NCBI GenBank assembly: GCA_041082215.1
Contig: JBDOIF010000148.1
Location: 1 to 59,988 of the forward strand
DNA length: 59,988 nt
DNA from: Anaerolineae bacterium
Lineage (GTDB): Bacteria; Chloroflexota; Anaerolineae; B4-G1; DUEL01
Direction of reading: 5' to 3'
The notes beneath the pieces are model-generated. The model worked only from the letters and a program-made list of their open reading frames with translations, made no database searches and had not been told where the DNA came from. Position numbers and translations under genes: made by a program. How positions within the stretch are numbered: the first letter of the stretch is position 1; every line of letters starts with the position of its first letter. This document shows, piece after piece, positions 28,205 through 40,944 of this stretch.

Positions 28205-31066
28205 ATGAAAACCCTCAGAATCGCTGGAGGCGTTGTGGCGTTGCTGGCGGTCATCTTTATGGCTGGGAATCTCATCTTCGCCTATGCCCGGTCGGCGCAG
28301 CGCCCGCAACCGGCGTGTCTCCAAAACGCCTGTGCGGCCAACTGTGTGGATAACGTCTATGTACTGGGAAACAACAACCTGGATAGATATGTGCGCCTCT
28401 ACGAGAGCGCCTTCATCAATGCTGGCTGCACGGATCCCGACTGGTGGACCGCTTTCCAGTACCTGGTGGCCATCGCAGCGGAACTGGTCGGGGCGCCCGG
28501 AGGATATACCATGGACTGCCGTTCCATGATCGCCGGGCAATACGCTGTCTGTAGCGGCAGGAATTATTGTGGGGGTAACCCCTGTCTGTACGCGCCCAAC
28601 GCCCGGGTGCGGTTCACCGAATGTGGCCAGGGCGGGGCAAGCGTTACCGTGGACAACGAGCGGGGAGAAACGCTTCCAGAATACGCTCCCACCGCCTACA
28701 CCCGCGCCTTTGACACCTCCCTGTACCTGCAACGGGAGGGCGGCGAGTCATTGCTACTGCACCGGGAATCGGTGACCGCGCTGGCCTATTCCAACTGGGT
28801 GATTTCCGGCGGCTACCAGCAATGCCTGACTCAGTATGGGGATGACCCTCGGTGCCAGTTGCTGAGCCTCTTCGTCCAGCCGACCTCCATCTCGTTCTCC
28901 GTGGACTGGGGGGACGGGCTATACGACATGCGGTCGCTGATCTCCGCAAGCCGCGGCATGTCCGGTTCGCCCGCCAATGGCTACGTGAAACTGATGAGCG
29001 ACGGCGACTCGGTCACCTTCGCCCAGGGCGACGTCTCCGGCTGGGTCTGGCAGCGCACGCGCACCAAAAGCTGGCCTTTGGGAGACTGGAGTGATTGGAC
29101 CCATACCCTGGAACGGTGGGACGCTTCCAGCGGCGCTCGCACCATCACCAACAACGAAACCAACTCCCTGTATCACTGGAGCAGGACTGACCGCGATACG
29201 TTCGTCTTTGTGACCCACGGCCCCTCCCAGTATCTCCTGACCGGAGACTACACCCTCCGGGCCGAGGCATCCCTGCATCACGACAAGGACACGGCCGACA
29301 ACACGGCCCAATGCACCTTTACCGTCTACGGCCCACCTCCGCCGACCCCGACTCCCATGCCGGTCACTCCCACACCCTGCCTGGGACAGCGAACGCAGAC
29401 GCTCAGCCCGGGCGATACGGAGGGCGGCTTCTGCCCGGGCGAGGATCGCCATACCTACACGCTCCTGGTGCCCTCCGGCCTGCGCCGGCTGGACCTGCGA
29501 CTGTTCTTCCCCTGGGAGGGGGGCCATCGCGACTTTGATCTGACCGCCCAGCCCAGCCAGCCGCTGCCAGCCAACAAGGTCGCGTGCGAACCTGAACACT
29601 ACGCTTCAGAGACCGAGCAATACTGCGTCTTCCTTGACCCACCACCGGGTACCTATCAGGTATATGTGGACCGCACAAGTGGTTCGGGGACGTACACCCT
29701 GAGAGTCGCATTTGACTATGCGACGCCCACCCCCGCCCGGACGGCCACACCCTCGCCGACGCCGTGGGGCGGCGATACGGAGAGCGAGCCCAACGATGCC
29801 TTTGACACCGCCACCCGGTGGTCGCCCTCTCGCCCCATGCGCGGCCGCATCGGCGCCCCCGGCGATCAGGACTACTATCGGTTCGTCATCAACGAACCCG
29901 CTATCTACACGCTCCGGTTGGCTAACGTGCCCCCAGAAATCGCGCCTCAGATGACGCTGTACGACGCCAACCGCAACGTCCTCGCCTCCGAATCCGCGCG
30001 CTCCGCCGGGCAGGGAGTCAGCCTGTCCTTTGACGGCAACGCCGGTCAGGTCTTCTACGTTCGGGTCAAAGCAACCAGCAGCCAGCAGACCTCCCAGAGT
30101 TACTACGAATTGTGGCTCACGGCTCTCCCGGACCCCCACGAGCCGAACGATTCGTTCGCTACGGCCACTCCCTGGGACTGGCGTTCCGGCCCCATCCAGG
30201 GCTACTTCTGGGAGTCCGTCACCGGGCCGGGAGACTACTACCGGATAGAGATTCCGCCGGATATGCCCGCCGCGCTGCTCACTGTCCGCCTGCAGGACGT
30301 CCCCCCGAACATCCGGCCCAACCTGGTTCTCTACAACGGCAACCGCGATGTGGTGGCCTCCGGATATGCCAGCAGCAAGGGCGTCGGCCTGAGCCTGACC
30401 ATAGACGTCAACCCCAGCGAGGCCTTCTACGTGCGGGTCCAGCCCGAATATTCCTCCCAGGTCTCCGACCAGCCCTACACGCTCCTGGCGACCACCGTGC
30501 CCGACCCCCACGAGCCGAACGATTCGTTCGCTACGGCCACTCCCTGGGACTGGCGCTCCGGCCCCATCCAGGGCTACTTCTGGGAGTCCGTCACCGGGCC
30601 GGGGGACTATTACCGGATAGAGATTCCCTCGGACATGCCCGCCGCGCTGCTCACCGTCCGCCTGCAGGACGTCCCCCCGAACATCCGGCCCAACCTGGTC
30701 CTGTACGATGGCAACCGCAACGGGGTGGCTTCGGAGTACGCGCCTTCGGCCGGGCAATCCCTGGTTCTGACGGCGACCGTCCGGGGGGCCGGTCCCTATT
30801 ACGTGCGGGTGAGTCCCGAATACGCGAGCCAGACATCCGACCGCCCCTACACCCTGAGCGCTTCGGCGACCCGGATTGAGCCTACCCCGACGCGCACACC
30901 GACACCCACGCGGACCCCGACGCCCACGCGGACACCCACTTTAACACGCACGCCGACGCCCACGCGCACTGCGACGCCGACGCGGACGCCGACACCGACC
31001 CGCACTCCAACACGTACCCCCACCCCCACCCGGACGCCCACACCGACGCGCACGCCTGCACCCTGA
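28205..31066 (+). CDS. Secreted Cys-rich protein with PPC-like (pre-peptidase C-terminal) repeats and a Pro/Thr tail
   Basis: Signal peptide, three EPND.F.TA...DYYR units and a TPTPTR C-terminal repeat. Confidence 0.8.
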   Translation: MKTLRIAGGVVALLAVIFMAGNLIFAYARSAQRPQPACLQNACAANCVDNVYVLGNNNLDRYVRLYESAFINAGCTDPDWWTAFQYLVAIAAELVGAPGGYTMDCRSMIAGQYAVCSGRNYCGGNPCLYAPNARVRFTECGQGGASVTVDNERGETLPEYAPTAYTRAFDTSLYLQREGGESLLLHRESVTALAYSNWVISGGYQQCLTQYGDDPRCQLLSLFVQPTSISFSVDWGDGLYDMRSLISASRGMSGSPANGYVKLMSDGDSVTFAQGDVSGWVWQRTRTKSWPLGDWSDWTHTLERWDASSGARTITNNETNSLYHWSRTDRDTFVFVTHGPSQYLLTGDYTLRAEASLHHDKDTADNTAQCTFTVYGPPPPTPTPMPVTPTPCLGQRTQTLSPGDTEGGFCPGEDRHTYTLLVPSGLRRLDLRLFFPWEGGHRDFDLTAQPSQPLPANKVACEPEHYASETEQYCVFLDPPPGTYQVYVDRTSGSGTYTLRVAFDYATPTPARTATPSPTPWGGDTESEPNDAFDTATRWSPSRPMRGRIGAPGDQDYYRFVINEPAIYTLRLANVPPEIAPQMTLYDANRNVLASESARSAGQGVSLSFDGNAGQVFYVRVKATSSQQTSQSYYELWLTALPDPHEPNDSFATATPWDWRSGPIQGYFWESVTGPGDYYRIEIPPDMPAALLTVRLQDVPPNIRPNLVLYNGNRDVVASGYASSKGVGLSLTIDVNPSEAFYVRVQPEYSSQVSDQPYTLLATTVPDPHEPNDSFATATPWDWRSGPIQGYFWESVTGPGDYYRIEIPSDMPAALLTVRLQDVPPNIRPNLVLYDGNRNGVASEYAPSAGQSLVLTATVRGAGPYYVRVSPEYASQTSDRPYTLSASATRIEPTPTRTPTPTRTPTPTRTPTLTRTPTPTRTATPTRTPTPTRTPTRTPTPTRTPTPTRTPAP
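30131..30860 (+). repeat. Intragenic tandem duplication with 372-nt period
   Basis: GACCCCCACGAGCCGAACGATTCG... starts at both 30131 and 30503. The copies are near-identical over the first ~210 nt. Confidence 0.9.
30882..31060 (+). repeat. 18-nt coding repeat (TPTPTR)n
   Basis: About 9 degenerate hexapeptide units. Confidence 0.85.
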
Positions 31067-31141
31067 GCGCGGAGGAACGCTCAACGGAACACGGAACACG
31101 GAATACGCAATACGCAACACGCACTACCGCAGGAGGTGCCC

Positions 31142-33946
<2,805 letters not shown>

Positions 33947-34001
33947 CCAGACGCACCCTCCTGAGAGAGGGAACCATCGGCCCTCCCGGAACGTCCATAT
34001 A

Positions 34002-34030
34002 TGCAGGACAGGCTTTCAGCCTGTCCTGCA
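34002..34030. repeat. REP-like perfect hairpin
   Basis: TGCAGGACAGGCT-TTC-AGCCTGTCCTGCA, with the same CAGGCT-NNN-AGCCTG core as the two copies inside leuS. Confidence 0.7.
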
Positions 34031-34065
34031 GGAACTCCCATAGTCAGAGTATGTTCGAGGAGGAG

Positions 34066-34596
34066 ATGGTGAAAAGTGCGTGGATCTGGGTACTATTGAC
34101 CATTCTGGCTCTGGTCGGCTGCGCGTCTCATTCTATCAACACGCCTGCCTCCCCCCTTTTCCCGGCCGCTGCTTCCTCGCCCCTTTCGCCGCAAATGCCC
34201 CCCTCAGATGTGGCGCCAGAGAAACCCTGGGGCGGAATGCCGGAAGGGGCGGTGATTCTCTTCCAGCAAAGCGGTGGCTTTGCCGGGATCATGGAGGAAT
34301 GGGCCATCTACGCCGATGGGCGCATCGTCGCAGGGGATGGGCGGGTACTGCAGGTCGAGCCAGCGCAGGTACAGCAACTGCTCGAAGAAGCAGAGGCCAT
34401 CGGCTTCTTTCAGATGAAGGCCGATTACGTGCCACTTGATACCTGTTGCGACCGCTTTCTCTACACCCTCACGGTGCGGAGCGGAGAGTGTGTCCACACC
34501 GTCCGCGCTCTCGAGGGTGCGGAAGCACCAGCGGCGCTGTGGGACCTGCTGGGGGCGGTCAGGCGACTCATCAGCCAACCCGCCGCCCCTTGTTGA
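34066..34596 (+). CDS. Lipoprotein with emfourin (M4 protease inhibitor)-like domain
   Basis: Lipobox LVGC, motifs QSGGFAG and DRFLYTLTV. RBS GAGGAGG. Confidence 0.65.
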   Translation: MVKSAWIWVLLTILALVGCASHSINTPASPLFPAAASSPLSPQMPPSDVAPEKPWGGMPEGAVILFQQSGGFAGIMEEWAIYADGRIVAGDGRVLQVEPAQVQQLLEEAEAIGFFQMKADYVPLDTCCDRFLYTLTVRSGECVHTVRALEGAEAPAALWDLLGAVRRLISQPAAPC

Positions 34597-34612
34597 GGCC
34601 AAACCCAAATTC

Positions 34613-34657
34613 GCCCCCTTCTCCTCCGCAGTGCCGGGAGGAGAAGGGGGCTTCTTT
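34613..34657 (+). terminator. Intrinsic terminator between convergent genes
   Basis: 15-bp stem GCCCCCTTCTCCTCC/GGAGGAGAAGGGGGC followed by TTCTTT. Confidence 0.7.
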
Positions 34658-34690
34658 ACGAGCAGCGACCCCCCGGAATAATCCGTGAGG

Positions 34691-37492
34691 TCAGTGGAAT
34701 ACCCTCGATTTCTCAACCTCCGGGTCTGCCCTGAAGGACTCCGGTTGATCGGACGGCGGCGCTATGGAGAAGGTCGTGCCGGTGGAGATGCTCACATCGT
34801 CGAGGAAGAAGTTGCTGTTCAGGGAACTGTCCGTGGTGACCACAAAGCGCAGGTTTACCGTCTGCCCCCGATAGGCGGCGATGTTGATCTGCTGAGACAC
34901 CCATCCACCTGTATTGTTGCTCTGGCAGAGGTTGTGGGTCCTCAGAGTGATGGAGCCAAAGCGGACGTAGGCATAGTCGTAGCCGCAGGAGTCCTGCGAC
35001 GCTCCCCAGTACCAGTAGTTGAGCGTTGTGGCACTGGAAGGGATCGTCACATCCTGGGAGAGGATCGAAGTTTCATTATTACCGCCTCCCAGCCAGGCCA
35101 GCCAGCTCCCACCGTGAGCATCTACCGGTGTATCACCCTCGTGTATGATCAGAGGCCAGCCGTGGCTGGAGGATTCGCTCCATGAGCCATCGCGGCCATT
35201 TTCGAAATTGCTATTGAGCAGGTGTTTGGGATAGTTGCGCACAACGAGGGGCAGGTAGATATAGGAGTAACTTCCACTGGGACAGGTATAGATGCGCACA
35301 TCGTCAATGAACCAGCCCCAATCCTCGCCGCTGGAGTTGGTACCGATGCGGTAGCGGAAGCGGACGTTCTTCCCGGCCAGCGAAGTGAGGTTGAGACGGC
35401 TGGAGATGTAGCCGTAACTCTCGGCGATGAAGCCGCTGCGCCCTCCCAACGGGTTGCCGGAGCCGGTGGAAATCGTCCCGTCATAACCGTTATAGGTGAA
35501 AAGGGAACCGGCGTCGGTCCATGGCCCCCCGTTGGCGCTGTATTCGAGCACACCTCCGTCGTATGAAGGTCCCTCAAAGTCGTAAGCGTGCTTGAAGTGC
35601 AGAAAGACCTCCTGCCCGGCTGGCAGGCTCACATTGGAGACCATCGCCACGTAGTAATCGGCGGTGCTGGGCTGATCATAGCCGTAGAGGTGATGGGTGC
35701 CGCTGGTCGCATAGACGTTCCAGTAGTACCACTCATCGCTCCCCTGATTTGCGCCACTGGTCCAGTTCCCGACGCCCGCCTCGAAATTGTCGTAGAACAG
35801 GGTAGAGGTGGGATCCCCGAAGTAACAGAGCGGAGCGTCGGTGGCCGCACAGCCGCTCGGTTGCTCGTCCATCTCCGTGGCCTCGGTGGCGTCACGCACC
35901 TCCTGGCAATCGGATGTAGTGATCCCGCCGGTGCCCACAAGGTTGAGACAGGCCTGATAGAGCGCATCGTACAGGTCCTGATAATCGGAGCCGGAGAGGA
36001 GGAGGTTGGTCTGGGCTTCGTACCAGATCTTCACCGTTTTATTGATCCCCAGCGCGGTGACCGTCCGACCGTTGAAGGTCCCGCCGTCCACCATCAGGTA
36101 GGCCGCCTTATTCGCCACGCCGCTGTTGTAATGCACCCCGCCGTTATCCTGCGTGCCACAGTAGTAGTAGGGGCTGGTCATCCTGTCGGGCTGGCCATAG
36201 AGGGGTGGGTTGCTCATACTGCGGCCCGCGCCGACGGGGAGGTTTTCCCCCATGAGCCAGCGGACGCTGGGGGAGTCGTTGTCTTTGCCGTTGGTGTAGG
36301 TCAGATCAACCAGTTCCCCCCAGATATCGGAGAGGGCCTCGTTGATCGCCCCCGACTGCATGTAGTAGAACAGGTTCGACTCGTACTGGGTCACGCCGTG
36401 GGTCATTTCGTGAGCCACCACATCATCGGCAGAGGCGTAGCCGGCCCCATAGACCATCTGATAGCCGTTCCAGAAGGCGTTCTGGTAGGGGCAGTTTGCT
36501 GCATCAGGGCAGTAGCGGACCGTGTTGGTGAGGGCCATGCCAGCGTTATTAAGGCTATCCCGCCCGTGGTAAGTCCAGTAGAAGTCGTAGGTGAACCCGG
36601 CATAATCGTAGGCATTATCCGCGTCGGTGACGCCCGTCGCGGGGCCGCCCTCGGTGCGGACCGGGCCGTTGCCGGGGATGCCGTAGGCAGGGTTGTTCTG
36701 GTTATCGTAGATCCGCCGGTTCTTTGCTGTGTCAATCTGGTTGAATTGAAGCGTCACGAAGCCCCGCTGCGCGTCCACCAGGACCAGCTCGCGGATGGGC
36801 AGCAGGTCCAGTGGAGTTACCTCTATGCGCCAGACGAGCCTGCTGACCGGGATGCCCGGCGCGCCCAGAAGCAACGGGTTGTAGACCCATAGTTCCGGCT
36901 CGCTCGCCGTCAGGTCCTCCGTGGCCAGGCCGTACTCTCTGGCCACCGCTTCCAGCGCATTCAGGCGCGCCGCTTCGGCAGCGACCCTCGGGGTTATATC
37001 GAGTGACAGGTCGGGCAGGATCTCCCCGCTGGCGAAGAGTATGTCGTTGGACGCGTTCACCTGGACAATCAATTCGCCCCCCAACACAGGGATGCTTTCA
37101 TATACCTGCTGGAAGCGGACGGAGGATCGCCCCCGGTCGGCCGTCCTGACCCTCTCCACCTGCAACTCCCTTGCGGGGTCCTTCAGGCCGAACAACAGGC
37201 CATAGACGGCCAGGAAGCCGCGCGCCGCATCCTCTGGGGAGGCCCCGACAGCCAGAAGCGCCGGCTGACCGATCGGGCGGTCCAGTGTGGTGCCGATAAA
37301 ACGGAGCCGTCCGGTCCCGGTGTGGTAAGAGAGCCGGACGGCTCCTCCCGTCTCTCTTTCCAGTTGGGCAATGAGCGCTTCATCCGATCGCGGCGGTGGG
37401 GGCTGGGTCGGCGGCCTGGCCCGTGCTGGCAAAGCCAGACTGAAGATCAACAATACCACGATACTACCCACGATTCTGGATTTATGTCTCAT
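34691..37492 (-). CDS. Secreted thermolysin-like M4 metallopeptidase with propeptide and C-terminal beta-sandwich domains
   Basis: Motifs NAFW, HEMTH, GAINEALSD and DNGGVHYNSG. Signal peptide. Internal YLPLVVR. Confidence 0.93.
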   Translation of the reverse strand: MRHKSRIVGSIVVLLIFSLALPARARPPTQPPPPRSDEALIAQLERETGGAVRLSYHTGTGRLRFIGTTLDRPIGQPALLAVGASPEDAARGFLAVYGLLFGLKDPARELQVERVRTADRGRSSVRFQQVYESIPVLGGELIVQVNASNDILFASGEILPDLSLDITPRVAAEAARLNALEAVAREYGLATEDLTASEPELWVYNPLLLGAPGIPVSRLVWRIEVTPLDLLPIRELVLVDAQRGFVTLQFNQIDTAKNRRIYDNQNNPAYGIPGNGPVRTEGGPATGVTDADNAYDYAGFTYDFYWTYHGRDSLNNAGMALTNTVRYCPDAANCPYQNAFWNGYQMVYGAGYASADDVVAHEMTHGVTQYESNLFYYMQSGAINEALSDIWGELVDLTYTNGKDNDSPSVRWLMGENLPVGAGRSMSNPPLYGQPDRMTSPYYYCGTQDNGGVHYNSGVANKAAYLMVDGGTFNGRTVTALGINKTVKIWYEAQTNLLLSGSDYQDLYDALYQACLNLVGTGGITTSDCQEVRDATEATEMDEQPSGCAATDAPLCYFGDPTSTLFYDNFEAGVGNWTSGANQGSDEWYYWNVYATSGTHHLYGYDQPSTADYYVAMVSNVSLPAGQEVFLHFKHAYDFEGPSYDGGVLEYSANGGPWTDAGSLFTYNGYDGTISTGSGNPLGGRSGFIAESYGYISSRLNLTSLAGKNVRFRYRIGTNSSGEDWGWFIDDVRIYTCPSGSYSYIYLPLVVRNYPKHLLNSNFENGRDGSWSESSSHGWPLIIHEGDTPVDAHGGSWLAWLGGGNNETSILSQDVTIPSSATTLNYWYWGASQDSCGYDYAYVRFGSITLRTHNLCQSNNTGGWVSQQINIAAYRGQTVNLRFVVTTDSSLNSNFFLDDVSISTGTTFSIAPPSDQPESFRADPEVEKSRVFH

Positions 37493-37684
37493 CTTCCTTA
37501 CCTCCTATCACTGGTTGGAACGGTTCCGACCAATAACCAGGGCCTCGGTGAACTGCTGAGAGAGAACTGACAGGAGTCCTCCAGACGAGAGCACTTAACC
37601 TTACGTAGAGAATAGCATATAACGGCTGCAAAGGCAACTCCCTTACGGACACTCACCGGCAGGGGTAAGCCAAAACCGAAAGGA

Positions 37685-37711
37685 ATGGGGCAGGCCAATG
37701 GCCTGCCCCAT
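37685..37711. terminator. Hairpin terminator after the ECF operon
   Basis: ATGGGGCAGGCC...GGCCTGCCCCAT with T-rich flanks on both strands. Confidence 0.6.
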
Positions 37712-37737
37712 CTCTTTAACGATCTCAGGCGCGGATG

Positions 37738-38754
37738 CTATTCCGCCTTCTCTCCAGAAGCGGTCAGCGGAGGGCCGGCAGAGGGATAATCCACCGTGCC
37801 GAACCGCGTCAGCACCACCGCTCCCAGCCCGATGGAGGCCACCAGGAAGCCGCCCGCCCACCCGACGCACGGGATGAGGCCCATGAGGTTGCTGAGGAGC
37901 GTGAGCAGCCCTGCCCCCAGCGCCGCCGTCCAGAAGGGGCTGACCGATCGGGTAGTGAGGGCACTCATCAACCGCTCGCCGATGAGGATGCCCAGGGCTA
38001 CCCAGCCGAAGACCGTCGCCACCCCCAGCGCCACCGCGGCCACCAGCCCCACAGGGGCCAGGCAGAGGGTGATCAGCAACCCCAGGACCACCACCGCCCC
38101 CACCAGCATGGTGAGCAAACCGACGCCCAGGGACGGCAACACACTCTCCAGCGAGGTCCGCCCCACCCGGGAGGCCGGCCCTGGCCACAGCACCGCCACC
38201 AGCCCGGCCAACCCGGCCATCAGCACAACGGTCAGCACCAACTGCACCCCCTGCCACAACAGACGCAGGAGCAGCCCACCAGCCATATCGTGCGGAGGGA
38301 AGTACCATCCCCTGAAGAAGGGAACCCCCAGAGGCCAGCCCCACCGCCACCCTTCCCCCTGGGGGGTGACGACCTGCTGTCCGCGCACCTGGGCTCCCTC
38401 CTCCCGGTCCACCTGACCGCCGACCACCATCAGATCTCCATCAATGACGGCCGTCTCGGCAAGATAGACGTTCCCCCCAAAGACCGCCACGTCTCCCCAC
38501 ACGGTCCCGGCTACCTCCACATTCCCGCCCCAGACAACCGCATCGCCATCCACCTGGCTCTCCTCCTCCAGCGTGACGTCGCCGCCGAAAACCGCCAGGT
38601 CCCCATCTAACGTCTCACCGGCCTCCAGGGTGAAATCCTCCCCGAAGACCACCTTTCCATCCGGCAATGTGCCGCCGAAGGCCAGCGCCGGGCTGGCTAC
38701 CGCCAGCAGCATCACCGCTACCAGAACCGCTGCAGGAACCCGCAGACCACGCAT
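37738..38754 (-). CDS. Membrane protein with bactofilin-like (polymer-forming) beta-helix repeats
   Basis: Repeated (V)xGD(V/L)xVxGG units, then multiple TM helices ending in IGLGAVVLTRFG. Confidence 0.8.
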   Translation of the reverse strand: MRGLRVPAAVLVAVMLLAVASPALAFGGTLPDGKVVFGEDFTLEAGETLDGDLAVFGGDVTLEEESQVDGDAVVWGGNVEVAGTVWGDVAVFGGNVYLAETAVIDGDLMVVGGQVDREEGAQVRGQQVVTPQGEGWRWGWPLGVPFFRGWYFPPHDMAGGLLLRLLWQGVQLVLTVVLMAGLAGLVAVLWPGPASRVGRTSLESVLPSLGVGLLTMLVGAVVVLGLLITLCLAPVGLVAAVALGVATVFGWVALGILIGERLMSALTTRSVSPFWTAALGAGLLTLLSNLMGLIPCVGWAGGFLVASIGLGAVVLTRFGTVDYPSAGPPLTASGEKAE

Positions 38755-38773
38755 CGGATCACCTCCTGACTGT

Positions 38774-39655
38774 TTATTGACCGACCGATTCCAGCACCAC
38801 ACTGCCGATCCCCACTGTCAACTCGATACGGAGATCGGCCCCTCCCTCTCGATAGGCGTTGTTGACATAAGCTCCACCAGAGAGGGAGAAGGACTCATCC
38901 GCGCGGATATTGCTCAGGCCGCCCTCCACCTCCACACGAACGCCCACGTCCTCCGGGAAGCGGAGCGTCAGCGAGCCAGCCCCCGCCGCCACCTTGATCC
39001 GCGCTGGCTCACGCCACTGACCGCTGAAATCCAGGATCATGTTGCCAACGCCCCCTTCCACCCGCCCCCGCTCCGGGCTGGCATTGCCGATCCCTTCCAC
39101 CCGCAGGTTGGCAGCCCCGGCCCGGATCATCAGATCGTCCATCGGCGCAGGGTTGGGGGCATCAAAACGGACCACCAGATCCGAGGCCCCCACTTCCAGA
39201 GCCAGTTCCGTCACCGCCAGCCCTGTGAAGTCCAGCTCCCCATCGGTGGCCCCGATCTGCAACTCCAGGTCCAGAGGGACCTCGGGGGAGAATCGGAGGT
39301 CCCATTCGTTCTCCGCCCCTGGTTCCGGCACCCCACGGGCATCCCCCTGTTCGATGGAGAGCAGGCCGTCCCGCCACGCTACCTCTGGAGCCCATTCGGC
39401 GACGTTCGTGCGGAAGCGGCCAGAGAAAAGGGGATCGGGGTCGCCCGCGGCCAGGCTGATCTCCCCACTGCCCAGCCGGATCTCCACCCGCGCCTCCTCC
39501 ACACCGTCCCGTGGGACCTCCTCCACGTATTCCTCCATCGGCCCCACCTTCAGCCGGGGGATGTTGACCTCCGGCAGGCCAGGGATCGTGATGCTGCACG
39601 CCAGGCTGCTGAGGGCAAGCAGCACTGCCGCAAGAACCAGACCACTCCGTTTCAT
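38774..39655 (-). CDS. LiaF/toast-rack-like lipoprotein
   Basis: Lipobox SLAC and repeated LxxGAG beta units. Confidence 0.75.
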   Translation of the reverse strand: MKRSGLVLAAVLLALSSLACSITIPGLPEVNIPRLKVGPMEEYVEEVPRDGVEEARVEIRLGSGEISLAAGDPDPLFSGRFRTNVAEWAPEVAWRDGLLSIEQGDARGVPEPGAENEWDLRFSPEVPLDLELQIGATDGELDFTGLAVTELALEVGASDLVVRFDAPNPAPMDDLMIRAGAANLRVEGIGNASPERGRVEGGVGNMILDFSGQWREPARIKVAAGAGSLTLRFPEDVGVRVEVEGGLSNIRADESFSLSGGAYVNNAYREGGADLRIELTVGIGSVVLESVGQ

Positions 39656-39658
39656 ATC

Positions 39659-40207
39659 TTACCTCCTTACCAGCACCGTCGCAGGTCGCAAGGACCGCAG
39701 AAGCCCGAACCAGGCCAGACAGGCCGTCAACGTCGTAACCAGGGCACAGAGGCCAAGCGATAGCAGGGCTGGAAGCAGTGCCCCGGCTGTGAGCCGGAGG
39801 GAGCGCAACAACAAACTGCCCACATCGGCCAGGCGGAGCACCAGCAACCCCTGAGTTCGCACCAGCGCAAAGGCTTCCGACGGAGCTGAGAGCGTCCCCA
39901 GCAGTGGAGCCGCCGCCAGCAAAAGAAGGCAGACTGTCCCCACGGCCAGGACGATCCCACCCAGAACTCCCCGCCGGATCCGCTGCCGCCGGTCCAGCCG
40001 GGACAACACCCGGCCGGTGAAGCCGATCGGAGGCCGGACCATCGGGGCCTCGCGAAGGAGTTGCTCCACCGCCTGCAGCCGGCCCCACTCCGCCCGGCAC
40101 CCCGCGCAACGGGCCAGGTGATCCTGCAGGGCCTCCTCCTCGTCCGGGCTGAGCGCTCCGTCGAGCGCGTCCATCATCCAGCCCCAGACCCGTTCGCATT
40201 CCATCAC
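39659..40207 (-). CDS. Zinc-binding anti-sigma factor (zf-HC2) with TM helices
   Basis: C..V...M...LDG.L...E...L..HLARCAGC. Confidence 0.85.
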   Translation of the reverse strand: MMECERVWGWMMDALDGALSPDEEEALQDHLARCAGCRAEWGRLQAVEQLLREAPMVRPPIGFTGRVLSRLDRRQRIRRGVLGGIVLAVGTVCLLLLAAAPLLGTLSAPSEAFALVRTQGLLVLRLADVGSLLLRSLRLTAGALLPALLSLGLCALVTTLTACLAWFGLLRSLRPATVLVRR

Positions 40208-40731
40208 TCCGCCTCCTCCAGAGCCTGGGCGAGCGCCCGACGGGCCCGATGCAACCGCGACTTCACCGCGCTCACCGACAGGCCCAGCATCTCCGCGATC
40301 TCCTCGTAGGAGCTATCGTACCAGTACCTCAGCGTCACCAGCGCCCGATCGGTGGGGGAGAGGATCAACAACAGCCTCTGGATCCGTTCCCGAACCTCCA
40401 GCCTCAGCAGCGCCGCCTCCGGTCCGTCCCTCTCTTCGCTCAGCGAGACAGCTTCCAGCGACAGCGCAGGCCGACGGCGACGGATCCGGTCCACGCAGTG
40501 GTGGGCAGCGATAGCCAGGAGCCAGGTGCGGAACGGCCGGTCAGGGTCGTAGCGGTCCAGGCTTCTGAAGGCCCGCAGGAACGTCTCCTGGGCCGCGTCC
40601 TCCGCTTCCATCCGGTCTCCCAGTATCCTGCAGGCCAGGTTATAGACCGGGGTCTGGTAGAGCTGCACCAGATGACCGAAAGCACTCACGTCTCCCCCCC
40701 GGGCCTGTTGAATCCACGTCGCCTCATCCAT
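40204..40731 (-). CDS. ECF sigma factor (SigW/RpoE-like)
   Basis: Motifs AEDAAQETF, FRTWL and SYEEIAEML...AVKSRLHRAR. Confidence 0.92.
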   Translation of the reverse strand: MDEATWIQQARGGDVSAFGHLVQLYQTPVYNLACRILGDRMEAEDAAQETFLRAFRSLDRYDPDRPFRTWLLAIAAHHCVDRIRRRRPALSLEAVSLSEERDGPEAALLRLEVRERIQRLLLILSPTDRALVTLRYWYDSSYEEIAEMLGLSVSAVKSRLHRARRALAQALEEAE

Positions 40732-40755
40732 TCCGCGCTTCCAGCTCCTGTTAAA

Positions 40756-40784
40756 TATACGCAGTCCCCCCCCACAAAGTTTCA
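40756..40784 (-). promoter_or_regulatory. Probable autoregulatory ECF promoter
   Basis: TGAAAC-17 nt-CGTATA, 25 nt upstream of the sigma ATG. Resembles the SigW consensus TGAAAC-N16-CGTA. Confidence 0.65.
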
Positions 40785-40791
40785 GGGAAAC

Positions 40792-40833
40792 GTAGCGCAA
40801 GATTCATCTTGTGCAAGACAAATCTTGCGCTAC
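40792..40833. repeat. GTAG-type REP inverted doublet
   Basis: GTAGCGCAAGATT...AATCTTGCGCTAC. Confidence 0.7.
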
Positions 40834-40944
40834 AGATCCCTATCTTTTACCGAAGCGGGCAGGCAGTTACGAAGAGGGATGGAGATCAGGAAGCAGAGGC
40901 CAGCAACCAGCAACAAGCAGCGAGCAACCAGCTACCAGCAATCG

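Noticed and set aside
30882..31124. Possible CRISPR array in the repeat-rich stretch
   Set aside because: These are tandem coding 18-mers and 7-mers with no unique spacers, and there are no cas genes.
37493..37684. Riboswitch upstream of the M4 protease
   Set aside because: No aptamer consensus was recognised. The region is explained by a plausible promoter (TTGCCT-17-TATTCT) and the upstream terminator.
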